A DNA stretch of 64,000 bases. Source: an uncultured Aliarcobacter sp. Lineage in GTDB: Bacteria > Campylobacterota > Campylobacteria > Campylobacterales > Arcobacteraceae. The notes under the pieces were generated by a model, which was not told where the DNA came from, made no database searches, and was given only the letters and a program-made list of their open reading frames with translations. Positions within the stretch are counted from its first letter, which is position 1; every line of letters begins with the position of its first letter. A program made the position numbers and the translations under genes. Shown here piece by piece: positions 63,178-64,000 of this stretch. The stretch lies in NCBI GenBank assembly GCA_963664305.2, contig CAXXLV010000001.1, positions 64,001 to 128,000 of the forward strand, in the 5' to 3' direction.

Positions 63178-63911
63178 TTATCAATAAATAACTTTTTATA
63201 AATAATGTCAAAGTTTTGAATTGGAATAAGATTAAAATCACTTTCCTTTTCATTTGACCAAAATAGATATTTATTTCTAAATTTATTGTGACTACTTATA
63301 AAAAATATGTTAAATGCAGTAGCTATTACATTGTTAGTTTTTTTATCAATAAATTTATACTGATATTTTCCATATATTTTTGGCAAAAATGTATCAACTA
63401 ATGTTTTTGTTATCTCATATTTTGGACTTTGTTCCTCGACTTTTACATTTTCACTATTATATGTATTTAAATAAACTCTTTGAGTATTATAAATATATCT
63501 ATTAAATTTATATGCATAAGTTGAAATATCTATAAACTTCTCAACATAATCCTTATGAAGATTTATTATTTCATTTATTTCGCCATCTGTAATATTTGTT
63601 GAATATTTTAAAGGATAAACATAAACACCTATCATAGATAAGCTTTCAACTTTTAAGTTTTCATTTTTAACAGGTTTTGAATATATTTTTGAATCCATTT
63701 GAGTTAATGAATAAAAATTTTTAACACTATATTTTATAAAAATATCATAATAAGCAAAACTCAAAAGAGTAATTAGCAAAACAAAAAATAGTATAACACT
63801 TTTTAAAATTCTAGATAATATAAAACTAATAAAGAAACAAAAAGAGATAAATGATAAATTTGATAAAATAAATAAAATATTCTCAGGAACAACTAACTCA
63901 AAAGACGGCAT
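63174..63911 (-). CDS. Hypothetical protein with two N-terminal TM helices
   Basis: AAGGAG RBS; hydrophobic N-terminus followed by a soluble domain. Confidence 0.7.
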   Translation of the reverse strand: MPSFELVVPENILFILSNLSFISFCFFISFILSRILKSVILFFVLLITLLSFAYYDIFIKYSVKNFYSLTQMDSKIYSKPVKNENLKVESLSMIGVYVYPLKYSTNITDGEINEIINLHKDYVEKFIDISTYAYKFNRYIYNTQRVYLNTYNSENVKVEEQSPKYEITKTLVDTFLPKIYGKYQYKFIDKKTNNVIATAFNIFFISSHNKFRNKYLFWSNEKESDFNLIPIQNFDIIYKKLFIDN

Positions 63912-63919
63912 CTATCTCC

Positions 63920-64000
63920 TTAATTTAATAAATATGGTAAATCTCTTTTTAATGATTCTAATAAATCTTCATTTAAAAAGAATTTTGAATATCTTGTTTC
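63920..64000 (-). CDS. 3' end of an unidentified CDS entering from the right edge
   Basis: Open frame ETRYSKFFLNEDLLESLKRDLPYLLN* whose stop overlaps the next RBS. Confidence 0.5.
   Translation of the reverse strand, partial: ETRYSKFFLNEDLLESLKRDLPYLLN

Overview
AT-rich bacterial chromosomal segment from an Arcobacteraceae (Campylobacterota) genome, judged from the 16S/23S sequences and gene content. It is mostly housekeeping: a minus-strand rRNA operon (16S-tRNAIle-tRNAAla-23S-5S), three tandem tRNA-Asn genes, fur/feoAB/flavodoxin, trpA, panB, ruvB, hemE, asd, gyrA, argJ, rpmB, gltBD, ppx, a TRAP transporter, two-component genes and an LPS/LOS core locus. No transposase, integrase, prophage or CRISPR array is visible. 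The best candidate for an undescribed system is a Fur-box-controlled operon next to fur/feoAB. It comprises a 19-aa Cys-x-Cys micropeptide missed by the ORF track, a DUF2325-like protein with a Cys-rich tail, an apparently catalytically dead McrC-like protein and flavodoxin. Other notable items: an Ogt homologue lacking its acceptor Cys; a ferredoxin:thioredoxin-reductase/rhodanese fusion; a tautomerase-cupin-TetR islet between the rrn promoter and the tRNA-Asn triplet; an inverted MBOAT/SGNH cassette bounded by an 11-bp direct repeat within a heptosyltransferase-free core locus; a GT4 pseudo-enzyme (EX7E replaced by KX7K); and a radical SAM gene with no canonical start upstream of its cluster motif (ATT is the best candidate). 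All family assignments come from motif recognition by eye, not from database searches.
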